Origin: Marsupella aquatica
Taxonomy: Eukaryota > Plantae > Marchantiophyta
Reading direction: 5' to 3'
Assembly (NCBI GenBank): GCA_973895155.1
Contig: OZ316894.1
Span: forward strand, 4,736,944 to 4,800,943
Length of the DNA: 64,000 nucleotides
This document shows, piece by piece, positions 52,101 through 64,000 of this stretch. Position 1 is the first letter of the stretch. Each line of letters begins with the position of its first letter. Made by a program: the position numbers and the translations under genes. The notes below the pieces were generated by a model. That model had not been told where the DNA came from. It ran no database searches and saw nothing but the letters and a program-made list of their open reading frames with translations.

Positions 52101-54459
52101 ATGGCCCGCATGGAGACGGGCACCCCTTCAACGAACCCAATTAGTCCTAATAGTTTGAATCAGCAGCAGCAGCAGCCGCAGCAACAAGCGGGTGGTGGAG
52201 GGGCTGCCTCTCCTGCCGCTGCTGGGGGCGGTGGTGGATCGCCAGCTGTGAATGGGAATCAAAATGGTAACAATAACAATCAGAGCGTTGCGCACAATGC
52301 GCATGGAGTCGCGAGTCATTCGACAGCGACAACGATGAACAATAGTAGCGCCAATTCCATCTCTAGACCTAATGGAGTCATCAATGGCACTGAGGGGGGT
52401 GTTCTTCAACTGCAATTGCTGCACGATCCTGGGATTACAGCTGAATGGAGTGTGGAGGAACAGGCTACCCTCGACGAAGGGCTTACCAAGTATGTCTTCT
52501 TTCATCATTTCACCTGAATCTACTCCGTCCCAGTCCGTATAAGATGTAGTGAATTATACTAGGGGAGGAATGCCGAATGTGAATATCTCATGGTCTTTCT
52601 GAGAACAGATCGTTGTTCCCGGAGCATTCTTGAAAATATTGGGAAGAGATTTCCTTCAAATTTCTCTTCCATGCCCCATGGACTCTCCCAATCCCCTGTT
52701 GCTGTTTTGACCGTTAGAATCTGGCGCTTAGTGAGTTGACCTGTGGAACTGGCATGACTGTGGAAAGGAAATAACTATTAATGGTGAGTCGCCTAGAAAT
52801 GCCACTGCATTTGGCTGGATTCATGTTATCGTGCGTTGATGCAGACATGCTTCAGAGACTTCAAATTTGTCCAAGTATATCAAAATTGCCAACCTCCTAC
52901 CGGAGAAGACAGTGCGAGATGTCGCAATGCGATGCAGATGGATGACGGTATCTTTCTTTGCCACTCTTGCGCGGTGCTGCTCTCGAACCTTCGCGTATAA
53001 GATTAGAGGTCTTGAGAGTATGATGGGGCTCTTTTTGTTTGGGCATCATTGATGTTTTGCCTTTGTTTGTTGATACTGCAGAAGAAGGAGATTGGGAAAA
53101 GGCGAAAACCAGAAGATCAAACGACAAGCAAAAAGAGTAAAGACAAGAAGGTAAGGGCATCCGCACCTAGCATAGAAACAGGTGCATTACCCAACTGCAT
53201 CCTCCTGTGGCCCTTAACTATTTTCCTAAGAACGTCTTGTAATACCTCATCTACATCATGCGGAATGAGCATCGCAAATATAGATCGGACGTTCAAGCTT
53301 TTCCCGATTATCAAGTCAAGAACACAACCATGACACAAGCAGGCTTGCAGGGATCGAAATTTTGAGAGATGTACAAAGTGGTTAGTAGTCGATGGTTTCT
53401 TGGCTGTGAGATTGACGGGTGCAAGATATGTGGTAATGACTTGGGAGTGCTTTCTGCCATGGATACTATTTATGTTACTCTAATTTTATTCAAAATCTGA
53501 TTGTAACTACCAGGACAAATCAGAGTCATTGTCCAATAAGGCGACTCAAAATCATTCGAGACCTGGGGGCGTAGCTACTTATGTTCCCCCTCCCGCACCA
53601 GTTGATAACGACGATGGGATCTCAAATGATGGTAGGTGCAACCACCCCTGTTTTCCTCCATATGGCTTCAGATTGCCATTTGTAGTTAGATGTGTCTCTA
53701 ATAATAAACTCTCCCTTCCACTGGCAAGGGCTTTGTAAGAATCAGAGGAGGGTATTGACAAGTCTTGTTTGAATAGCAGGCTTTTAGATCTTTGAGGCGG
53801 GCAAAGTATTTCATTCCATGGTCATCCAGAATTGTTGCGATCGACTGTTGTTCACATAAGTTTGTCGGAATCTGTGTATTAATGCAGCAATAGGAGGCAC
53901 AACTGGTCAGCTGCTGGAGCAAAATTCTCAAATCATTGCACAGATCCGATCAAATCTGGCTGCTTGCAAGGTATGTCGTTTTTGTTCTTCTAAGACTAAC
54001 CTGCCTGAGGTTCTCGCTGTCCGTGCTTCGTATCCAAATTTTTTGCTGCTTTCTTTTCAAGCTTGAGAACTTATATTGGTTTCTTGGAATCTTGCAGCTG
54101 ACAGAAAACACTGATCATCTAGTGAGGTTCAGGGACAACATTTTTGCCATCCTCAATGGGTATGTCTTGACAACTTGTCTCAGTTGCTGTGCATTATATG
54201 GAAGTAATATTGTGCAATGTGGGCTCGTATCATGCTACTTTTTTTATGAACAATACTGAGGACATCGTTGTAGAGCACATAGTAAGCTGATGTGAGTAAC
54301 TTGATTACTAACGGAAATGACCCGATCATGATTTGATTCTGCAGGATGACAAATATGCCTGGAATCATGAGTCAAATGCCACCACTTCCCGTGAAGCTAA
54401 ACACGGACCTCGCTGATACAATCCTCCCCAAGTCCTTACAAGCACCCCCACCATCGTAA
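52101..54459 (+). CDS. DRIF: MYB-like/SANT + DUF3755 protein (DRIF, DIV-and-RAD-interacting-factor family)
   Basis: Exons 52101-52489 (LLHDPGITAEWSVEEQATLDEGL), 52845-52947 (YIKIANLLPEKTVRDVAMRCRWM), 53082-53150, 53514-53631, 53888-53970 (IGGTTGQLLEQNSQ), 54098-54159 (FRDNIFAILN) and 54345-54459 (MPGIMSQMPPLPVKLNTDLADTIL). GT-AG introns, phases consistent. Probable 5'-UTR exon ~51340-51532. Confidence 0.9.
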
Positions 54460-57400
54460 TGGTTAGATATACATCCTCCATGTAGATTATTTTTAGAGGT
54501 GCTATTTGGGGTGCCAAGCTTACAATACTTTGTTGAAGGATTTTCAACTAGAGTCCAGGTTGTATAGAATTTTTTATTCGTTTCTTCTTCCATAATGATC
54601 CTAGATTTCAAGCCCACAATTCCCACAGTGCATAGCATTAAGATATAGTTGTCACTCTTGGAAAGAGAAGAAAAGTAGGAAATTGGTACACGCACATAGT
54701 AGATGCAGTCACTGCACGGCATATGCTTTATAGTTGTAGAAGGTGTAGGTGCTCCTTTCGTTAGGACTCGTGGTGATGCTTGTTCTCTGTAGCTCTTTGG
54801 AAGCAACTGTTGCAATACTACACCAGAGTCAACATTTGGCCTGGGCTCTCCAGTAGTTTGTAAGCGACTTATGGGGTGTATGGCCAAGTACTACTTCATC
54901 GGCTGACCAGACCTTCTGACCGACGGCCAAGGTGCAACTTTGATATGGTAGATTCTAGGCACTCAGAGTACTTTAAGTTAATTCCTAAAAGCTATGTTGC
55001 TAAAAGAGAATCGCCTTTGCAAGTGTGATCTTTCCCTTTTTCTTTGTTACAGTATGCGTGTGTGACGTGTGACGATGCTCGTGGAAGACTTTATAGCTTT
55101 TAGGCTATCATTTAACAGCCAAATCTCCTCACCGCACTGCGAGAAGTGAAGGCAGGTTTGTGGCAGCAGAGCAAGGATGCCCTCAAGCAACTTTTGCAAT
55201 CTTTTTCTTTCATGGTAGAATGCAATCTGTTTGTGGAATGCTACTGGAGAAAGCTTTTCAAGAATGCATGTCCTAACTCCGATCCTAGTATTCAAGGCCT
55301 AACAAGTTAAAAGCCTAGAATCTCTAGGGGAGAGCCTTTTAAGAAAGAAAGTCCTGAGCCCCAACCCACGATTCAACGTATCCAAGGGATCATTGAGTTC
55401 AGCTAAGATGCAGTCAAGGCATCTTCCAAAAGGGGCATCTTCCAAAAGTTGGAGATTGGAGACGAGAAAGGACAAAGCATCTCTACTAGTTATCAATCAG
55501 TCAGACAACTTGCAGTGCATGTTGCATGACGGCCTGCACCTTCCCTAAGCCTGCATGCGGTGTCGCAGTGGCAATCACATTTTTACCCTACCAGCACATG
55601 TGTCATATCTCCACGTGTAGTCCTCAGGTGGGAACGCAATCAGTTGCTGGTTTAAAGGGGCTGTGATGTGGCATAGCTCCAGATGTAATCCCCAGTGGTG
55701 GTCTCACATAGCTACAGGTGATGTGACATAGCTCCAGTGGTGTTCCCACCTGCTGGTGTAAAAAGGCCCAGCTCTGCCGGGTCACTCCTCATTCCTCCCC
55801 AAGTGAATAGCGCCCACCCTCTCTGCTAGATGCCTACCTTAGGGATGGTTTTGCAAAATTTGCACAAAATATAAACTATTTTTGCTGTGTTTTGTTAGTT
55901 CTACCCATGTGATGACCAGATTCGTTTTTGCAAATTTTTTCACAGAATATAAACTACTTTTGGAAGTCAATTTTTGTTAATTGACCATGGAGAGCTACTT
56001 TTTGAGTCATAGATTGACCCCTATGATGACCTGATGAGACCAACAATCACCGAAACTCCTGAAAATAAGGGACATTGGGGTTACAAAATTTGAAGGAAAA
56101 AAGCCGTGAACAAGCATTCTAAGTGAGACTACACTATCTAACTAATAACTGCCAATAAAAACTACAGGTAGAGTGAAGCTTGTAGAGTGTGACTCCGGGG
56201 GTCAAACAACAAGTGGGGAATGCCACCGCGGTCCAAGCAAAAGCTTCGGCAGCCAAGCGAACATGTACAATGAGAGATACTTGTATCCCGTCGTTGAAAT
56301 ACATATTAGCCAAATACATATTAGCCACAACACCTGCAATTCTAGGTTGGTGGCACTTACCTTACTATGGTGTATTTTGGGTCACTGCATGGCATTTCTT
56401 TGGTTGTAGCTTTAGCTTGCAATGAATTGAAGTTTTGGGCTGTGTCATTCTGCCCATTTCTTTGGAAACGAAGAATTATCTCAAAGCAAACGAATTGTAG
56501 AGAGATAAATAAATATGAGTAGTTTCTAGATCATTGCTTCTTTGCACCCAGTGTCCTCGATCGGCTCGTCCATCATCAGACTGTTGCTTTGAAGCGCCTC
56601 CATCAAATTGAATGTGAGTACAATCTTGAGTTAGTTCAAAGAAGTGAATCATCTGCTTTCCGTGTGACTCTGGACGAGAGTAGTGTCGACTTGCCTGCAG
56701 CTGGTCCTCGACGTGCTCAAGTTGATTTCATTTCATGGATGAAGACAGCTTACGTTCAAAGACAAAGAGAGCCGAACGATCGCGCTAAGTGGCAGTTCGG
56801 CTATGGAGATCAATCTACTAGAACGAAAAATCCATCGCCTCACTCGCTAGAGTGCGACATCGATCGAGGAAGGCTCTCTTTCTCTCTAAACATGACCTGC
56901 CTTTCTCCAGGCTCACGATTGCCTGTACACTGAATGTACAAATGAATCAAGCTGTAACTGCTGAATCGGCTCGAAAACTAGGTCCAGAGTCATACAGCAG
57001 AGAGCAACTCTAAGATTAAGGCAGGAAGTCAGTCAATCAACTACGCTGGAACTATAATTGATCCAGACTAGGCGGGCCAAACTCAACGATGATCTTCCCG
57101 GAGTTTTACCTCCGTACTCTAAGAATCGACTTCGCCCTCGCGTCGACTGCGGGCAAGACAGGTCGAGGTGTATAAATTCTCGAAAGAGGAGACCCCTTCC
57201 AACGTTGGCAAGAAAAGTCTTCGGTCCACGAGCTATAGTGACTTTTTGAAGAGAAAAAGTGACAACCGGTCAAACAATGAATCGTCGTTCTTTTCTTGAT
57301 CGTGAGCTGTATTTAAGATGATCAGCTACTGAATTTTTAGAAGACAGCGAGCATACAATTCTAAAGCGTGCTCATGCAATGTTTCGCCAGCCTAAACGTT

Positions 57401-59041
57401 GATCGGATTTTTTATCTAGTTTAATCAAAGTTTTCGTTGTGCTAAAAGGATTTCTAACCAGATTTGTGTATTGGTTGCTTTATCGTTGATGTGGGAGATC
57501 ATATTCACAGTACAGCTGTGGATTTGATGTGATCTGAATCGTGTGGGAGAAATGGTCCTGGAGTTGACAACTTCTTGTTAGAAGCCTTGCTCCAAAATTG
57601 GCCGCCGCCACCTTCAGCTCTACTGTACACATCTAGTCGAGCATCTAGACTTGTATGCCTGCACAACAACCCTTTCTTGATGTGATTTGGAGTAGTTGAT
57701 CATGAACTTGATCATAAAGGTGATCATAGAGGTGAACCCACCGAGTCATAAGTAACCGGTACCTCAAGTTCATGGATAGTTGGGACCACTGTTCAAATGA
57801 CCTATAAAATATCCAAAATGAGGAGGACTAGTAGCTGGAAAAAGTCCACTCGGGTCCCAGCTCTCCGAGATTCCGTGAAATAGATGCTTTGGATATACTT
57901 CTAGATCCGCATCCGACTAAAAATATCCTATACAAGGTCAGCGTATTTCCCTCAAGAAATTACGTTTCCTGATCATCGCCATCGGTGAAATCCATACTCG
58001 CGGAGTTGAAGTTGGAAATCTCAACAATTCTTTCTTTTCAATCGAAGGATGTTTCAGTGAGTTCCTCCTCTTGTGCCGAGAACGGCGTGTTCGCAGATAG
58101 CGGCTGGTCGAGACACGAGCTGTCTGATTTTGAGGCAGTCTGAGGATTTTGTTTGGTTACGCTTGTCCGGGAAACTTTTCCTCGTTGTATAAGTATCAAT
58201 AACCTCGAGCTCGCAATTACCACAGAGGGAGCTGATTGAGACATGACCATCCTGTGATTCGAAGCTTAATCGACCGTTGTCTGATTGCCATTTCAACCCT
58301 GCCCCGGGGCCCTGCCTTGTCCTGAAATGCTGAACTCGGCTAGTGTTCCTCAATTCCATTTATTCTAGCTAGTGTCGAGAATGTCAGTCAAGTTCAATTG
58401 AAGCCAGTATTGGCCGAGAGAGATCGAGAGAGACTATACAGTCTAAGCAAAGTCTCAGTTTATGGCTAATATCAAATCAAGACTTGAGGACATTGATTGA
58501 ACATTACTTCTATCGAGTAGCTAGAAATGAAATTACTGGACAGCCGAGTGTTCACATTGCAACAAATCTGACGTCCTTGTGCTTGTTTGACTTCTGCAAT
58601 GAACTGAAATTTGGAACTCTTTCCCTCTATAAGACGGTTGATCCATATTTGAGCTCTTAGTGAATTTACTTGAGACTGAGGTAGCCATTCATTGGCTAGG
58701 CCGGTGGCAGAATGCAATCACTTCTCTCGTCACTGCTCTTCATATTGTGACAACCGTGGCCTGAATTTGAGTGCTCATGGCCGCCTTGGTTTGCACCGAG
58801 AAAGTTATATACATGTGCAATTAAAAATCTAAGAACTAGGTGCTTCAGATCCGAACATTGGATTATTTTGGTTAAGCCACTGTCCCCGAAGCTAAGGAAT
58901 GTCTCCGAAGCTATCGGAGGACAAAATAGGTACCTTATGCTCACTTTTTTACTTTGTTAATTAACGACAATTTGACTAATTATGGTGGCCTGGATCCACC
59001 AGGTTCTGCTTCGGGGACAGTGGTGGTTTAAGTAGAACATC

Positions 59042-59179
59042 GAGGACTACAATGATGCAAACATGAGAATGTTTCGCGAAGTTCTCGTGACCACCTTCTT
59101 AGTCTGCGCCAGTCCAATGATTGGTGCTATGCTCAAGAGGTGATCATGAGAACTTCACCAAGCACTCTCATTAGTCCTC
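59042..59179 (+). ncRNA. Candidate pre-miRNA stem-loop
   Basis: 59063-59100 (ATGAGAATGTTTCGCGAAGTTCTCGTGACCACCTTCTT) pairs with 59134-59171 over ~35 bp with a few mismatches and GU pairs. There is an inner 9-bp stem GCGCCAGTC/GATTGGTGC with a 4-nt loop and a basal stem GAGGACTA/TAGTCCTC. The region has no recognisable protein-coding gene. Confidence 0.6.
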
Positions 59180-60604
59180 TGTATGCACACCGCGTTTACA
59201 TTTCTTCCTTTCCCAATTCTTGAGAAACGTCACTACTTGGAAATCGTAACTACAATTTTGAGAAGCGACCCCGCTTATGTGCATTCTCATACAAGTGCCA
59301 GGACTTTATACCATCTTCCTGCCTATGACAGCATACTTAACTCGTTGGGTGCGTAGAATTCTTTGTGCATTTCCCAATTCTCCGATCATTGATTTAGAGT
59401 ATTAATAGAATTCATTGTCTTTTTAACAAAAACCGTCGTCTTGGCAACAGATACAGCTGACAGCTACATCACTGCTTCTACAAACTGACGAAACTAACAC
59501 CAGCCAAGAATGAGGAGAAAGCATAGTTCAGCATGACATCAAGGGTTATTATAAGCCATTGTTCATTACCTCAATCATCCTTAGGGCAATTATCACTGTT
59601 TATTACGGTTTCAAATTTTCCAAGGAGCTACTATGTGATTGCGAACAGCAATTAAACTATTCACGATTGAACAGATTTCCAAAATTGGGGAAGCTCACAA
59701 ACAGAAGGAATCCATGTTCGAAATTTTCTGCTCATCCCAGAACGGAATACAGATAAGGCTGAAGTCAGTCCGAATCTGAAGTGTGCAAAGGACATCTGCT
59801 TTGGACTTTTGCTTCCATCAACACTCTGTCAAGTCTAATCAACTTTAAGACAACCCTATCAGATCAGATCAAGTAGAGAAAGGACTCCACCATACACCTT
59901 TCTCGAGCAACTTTCCGATCATGAATTGCACTTAATACGATACAGAATGAGAGTCTCTGAAGTTTTCAACTTCAAATAGCCATGAGCTGTAGTGCTTGCC
60001 TTCGAATTGGATCCAGACGTACATATTTGTTTCTTACTGCCATTCCTTACGTTGCTGCACGAATTTCAGAGTTTGAAGAATCTGTGTACTGAGGCAGAAG
60101 TTCTTAGGTGTACTTAAAATACAACTTTCAAACTAAGTTCGCACCTCGAACTTCAGCAAATAGAACTTATCAAGTGCGCTGGAGTCCGCCAGTTTGGATA
60201 TAAAGTAGAACGAAAGTTTTACAACTACCTTCACATGAATGCCTAGGGTACTTTAATTTCTATTAGTGGCGCTCAGAAATACTACAGTAGCTTGTTCGTA
60301 GGATCTCGAATTGAATGTAGTGCCTCGGAATTTAGACTTCTATGCTTGCATAAATTTAATACATATAGAACAGGACTTCTTTCTGTTGTGTACTAGCCTG
60401 ATCATCCAATCCTTGAAATTAAAATAGAGATGAGGACAAAAACAAACCTTGCAAAACAAAGGATTCACGATTCACTCTAGACAAGGGGGTAGCTTTCCAT
60501 TGCTAATATATAGTTATAGATGGTGTTCTCTATGCCAATTTGGTCAAAAACTCTGCCAGTTTTTGTGGACAACTCCAATAAACACAACAAGCTCCATGAC
60601 TTGC

Positions 60605-60713
60605 ATGTGTGTGTGTGTGTCTGTTCATTTTCTCCAGATTTCATTTCTTTTACTTGAAAAGTGTGTGTGTGTGTGTGTTCATTTTCTCCAGATTTCATTT
60701 CTTTTACTTGAAA
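60605..60713. repeat. Duplicated (TG)n microsatellite plus 37-bp flank
   Basis: (TG)n followed by TTCATTTTCTCCAGATTTCATTTCTTTTACTTGAAAA occurs twice. Confidence 0.9.
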
Positions 60714-61179
60714 ATGATAAATGCAATGAGAAGAAAAGAGTCACAAACTCAAATGGGACAAAATGATGCTCCCATGGACGTTTCCAGAGAGTTTCCAGCA
60801 GCAAAGTTAACCCTTAATATCTCCCTTCTTATTCAACTGAATTGGCTATTCTTGGGCTACTTTGAAGAGATTTGAGAACATAGTTCTAACCAGTCTTATA
60901 TCTATAGTATTTATGAAGACTCTCTGGTAGTTGTGAATCTTTAAAGATTACTCTATCACTCACTATCCCACTTCACTCACTCCAGGAACCTTGGAGCAGT
61001 TAACTTTCACATTTCAGCGTCTCACTCATATCTGATGGAATCTAATAATTGGAGTTTGTTAGAAAATGCCTCAAAGGTCATTCCAATGAGCCCAATATAA
61101 ATCAAATTCTCATTGAAAATTGAAACACCTTCAGATTTCCAAAGAAGATGGTCTTGTTCTTTTGTCATGATTCACCTAT

Positions 61180-61470
61180 TGTGTAATATGTAATATATGA
61201 GTAGAAAAGAGGCTATCCCTGTGGTCCACCCTGGTTGCTGTTAAGGATTGCTCTTAGTCTTGTGACTCAAAGGTTACGACACTTAGGCTAACCCAGTTAG
61301 GTTAGTCGTGTGTGACCTTGTATATACCAGAGCTAGTGTAAGCTGCTGGTGTGGTGTGCTTACTCATTGTAACGGAGCAACTTGAGGAAGAGGAAAAGCT
61401 TGAGTGTTCGTGTGGACGTAGCCTTGGAGAAGAGGTGAACCACGTAGAGATTGTGTCGACTACGTGTGCA
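61180..61470 (+). mobile_element. Probable Ty1/copia LTR remnant (solo LTR-like)
   Basis: Contains GTGGACGTAGCC...GGTGAACCACGTA...TTGTGTC, a motif typical of plant copia LTRs, with an upstream TATATA. Approximate TG...CA ends; no TSD identified. Confidence 0.55.
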
Positions 61471-61639
61471 TGAAATGAGTAATGATTGGATCGTCATAAA
61501 GGAAGATGTCATAGCTTAACAGTTGCAACAGTTATTTGAGCATTTTGGTAAAGATGTCCATCTGTGTTTCACTTTCCAAATGGGATCTTCATCCAGACCT
61601 TTTAACCCCAGTGTCTCAAAGCACTCTTTCCCTTTTTAT

Positions 61640-61885
61640 GAAAGTCAAGCAATTTTACTCAGAATTTATGTCATCCTAGTCAAAATAAGAGTTTTCATAT
61701 ATCCAATTAGAGCTTGAGAATCCAGTGCAAGCAAAGCTAATTTAAGATGGAGATCATATTGGAGCTCACAGGTCCAAAGAAAAAGATGCTTATAATACTC
61801 TTGAAATACTAAAGTCAAGCAATGTTACTCTGAATTCATGTCATCCTAAGAAAATTACAAGTTTTTGCACATCCAATTAGAGCTT
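61640..61885. repeat. ~75-bp imperfect direct repeat
   Basis: AAAGTCAAGCAAT.TTACTC.GAATT.ATGTCATCCTA...ATCCAATTAGAGCTT at ~61641 and ~61811. Confidence 0.75.
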
Positions 61886-62425
61886 CACTGTGAGCAAAGT
61901 GTTTAGGATGGGGATCAGTTTAATTTTTAAGGCATCCTTCTTTTCCCCCAGGATGGCAAATTTCACAAACGTGAATATGCAAAGAACATTTGTTTCCATT
62001 TTAGTAAAGTAATTTCTGGCCATTAGATCTCCCTGTGTTCCAGGATAACTTTTAGATTCTGGTGAATGGGATCACAAAAACCCTAGCCATTTTTTTGCTA
62101 AAAGTAGATAGGACTTTTCAAACAAAGCATCTGGCCAATTGTTATTTGGGGTGGGGGATTCCATAGTGGCACCCAGTGTCATTTGTATGTCATTGGGTCC
62201 AAAACAAAAAAATCTTCACCACTCATGGGATCCCTGTGTTTTTTTTTTTGGTTTTTTTTTCAAGGGTAAATGTATGAAACCCCAAAGATACGGACCAATC
62301 AGTCACAATATTTGAACACTAGGCTTATGAGTCTCAACTCAAGTGAGCTATCTCATGGCCATGCCTCTCTGGGCACCATTCATGAGATCCAGTTTCCTAT
62401 GTAGAGTTTCTATTCTAGTTTCTAT

Positions 62426-62588
62426 TCTTTGGCAGTGTGATATATACTTAATACAGTTTTGGGGCATCTAGTCAAATCACTCTTTGGCACTGTGATATAT
62501 ACTCTTACTGTTTTGGGGCATCTAGTCAAATCACTCTTTGGCACTGTGATATATACTCTTACTGTTTTGGGGCATCTAGTCAAATCAA
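62426..62588. repeat. 54-bp tandem repeat x3
   Basis: TCTTTGGCA.TGTGATATATACT...TTTTGGGGCATCTAGTCAAATCA repeated three times. Confidence 0.92.
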
Positions 62589-63139
62589 TCTTCTATGTAG
62601 TTTACTCTGGAGCTCTGCCAAGCTTTTGCGTTTGTGGCATAATAGGGCCTTTCAGCCGCTTAGGCTTGTTGTGTTGTACTTCTTTGGATTGTTTTGCCCC
62701 CCTTTATTGAGTTTTTTTCCCTTTAGTATCCCGTCTCCCTGTAAGGCCGGCGCTCTTTGATTTTTTGCACATATATACACACTACCGTAGTATTTCATTG
62801 CAAAAGTGTCTTGTCTACTTTGGCGGCCCCCGCCACAGAAGATTGGCCTCAGCTGTCGCCTCCAATTGGCTCCCAGAGAAGCAGCCGGGGAATGTGCTCC
62901 AATCCAAAGCTAGTAAATGGCAATCCAATCAAAGTGGAGATAGAGTCATTTCGGACGGTAGGATTGCTCTTTTGCTACTCACTACGTGCGCAGATGATCA
63001 CTGTTGTAGTTCTCTTGGAATTGCTGTTGGTAAAACAGTTCAATGAAGGATTGCAATTATCTCATGGCCTTCAGAAGTGTGTTAGCAGGATTTTCCAGTT
63101 GCTCTGTTTTTTCGTTTATCCCCTCGTGTAAACTCTTCC

Positions 63140-63652
63140 TTGACGAGAGAAACTCCATTCTCTTCAATTGATGGGAGATGGATAGAAACTTTGAGGCAGC
63201 TTGTGACCTTCTGTCACGGTTACAAAGTGAAAAAGATTCTAGTGTTCTCGGTCTGAGATTGGTTTGGGACTTGGGACGTAGGTTTCGACATTTCCTTCAA
63301 AGAAATTCCATTCTCTTCACTTGATGGGAGATAGCACAAGAGGTGTGACACAGCTTGTGACCCTCTGTCACGGTTCCAACATGAAAGGGATTCTAGTTTT
63401 CTCCATCTGACATGGGTTTGGGACTTGGGGAAGTCTGTGACCCTTCGCGAAAATTCCGTTCTCTTTCATGAATGGGAGATGGGCACGAAAACTGTGAGGC
63501 ATCTTGTGACCCTCTGTCAGTTTTCTCCATCTGCAATGGGTTCGGGATTTGGGACGCTCTTTCATGAATGGGAGATGGGCACGAAAACTGTGAGGCATCT
63601 TGTGACCCTCTGTCAGTTTTCTCCATCTGCAATGGGTTCGGGATTTGGGACG
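63140..63652. repeat. Tandem repeat: two degenerate ~150-bp units then two identical 96-bp units
   Basis: 63461-63556 equals 63557-63652. The shared core ATGGGAGAT...GCTTGTGACC.TCTGTCA also occurs at ~63170-63220 and ~63323-63370. Confidence 0.9.
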
Positions 63653-64000
63653 CCCGTGTCGACGAGGCCACAGCGATGGGCAAGGCACTTTATTGTAGAG
63701 TACAATGGAGGTAGCTTGTGAAATTTCCTACCAGGCTGTGAGACACCTAATTTTGTCTCTGCAAGATTTCTAATACAAACATTCCTGTTCCCGCCAACAG
63801 AGAATTACGTGCTATTTTGCGCAGAGAACCCCAGTCGGGGTTTGATGTCTTACTCCGCAATTCCGCATGTGCTGTAGATCTATGGTTACTACGATCCCAC
63901 GTGGATCCGACACAGAACGTTGCAGACTCGCCTACGTTGCAGACTCGCCTACTGGACACTGACTCGGTAGTGAAATTTTTGATCTGGGTAAAGGACATTG

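Noticed and set aside
55047-55496. Two in-frame minus-strand ORFs separated by a single stop
   Set aside because: No ATG start, no recognisable family and no splice support.
58054-58359. 101-aa ATG ORF on the minus strand
   Set aside because: No recognisable domain or exon chain; within chance expectation for this length.
63368-63721. ORFs with 32-aa repeats
   Set aside because: Artefact of the 96-bp tandem duplication, which is open in several frames.

Overview
This is eukaryotic land-plant nuclear DNA, not prokaryotic; gene content and intron style suggest a bryophyte, possibly a liverwort (inference only). Six intron-containing protein genes were reconstructed by hand from GT-AG junctions: an RBM26/27-like PWI-CCCH-RRM protein (-, runs off the left edge), an MCA/PLAC8 mechanosensitive Ca2+ channel (-), a saccharopine-dehydrogenase-like oxidoreductase (+), plastid dicarboxylate transporter DiT2 (-), a TrmL/SpoU tRNA 2'-O-methyltransferase (+) and a DRIF-type MYB-like/DUF3755 protein (+). 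Intergenic DNA is rich in mobile elements. These are a decayed, near full-length CRE-clade (RLE-type) non-LTR retrotransposon carrying a nested 287-bp MITE with an 8-bp TSD, a precisely bounded 1.7-kb non-autonomous Helitron, a Harbinger/ALP1-like nuclease fragment, a copia-type LTR remnant and many tandem repeats. The strongest non-obvious signals are a pre-miRNA-like hairpin with neighbouring fold-backs in a gene-free region (58.9-60.2 kb) and a U12-like (GTATCC) intron in the TrmL gene. No CRISPR array, rRNA or tRNA was seen. All family assignments come from recalled motifs; no database search was run.
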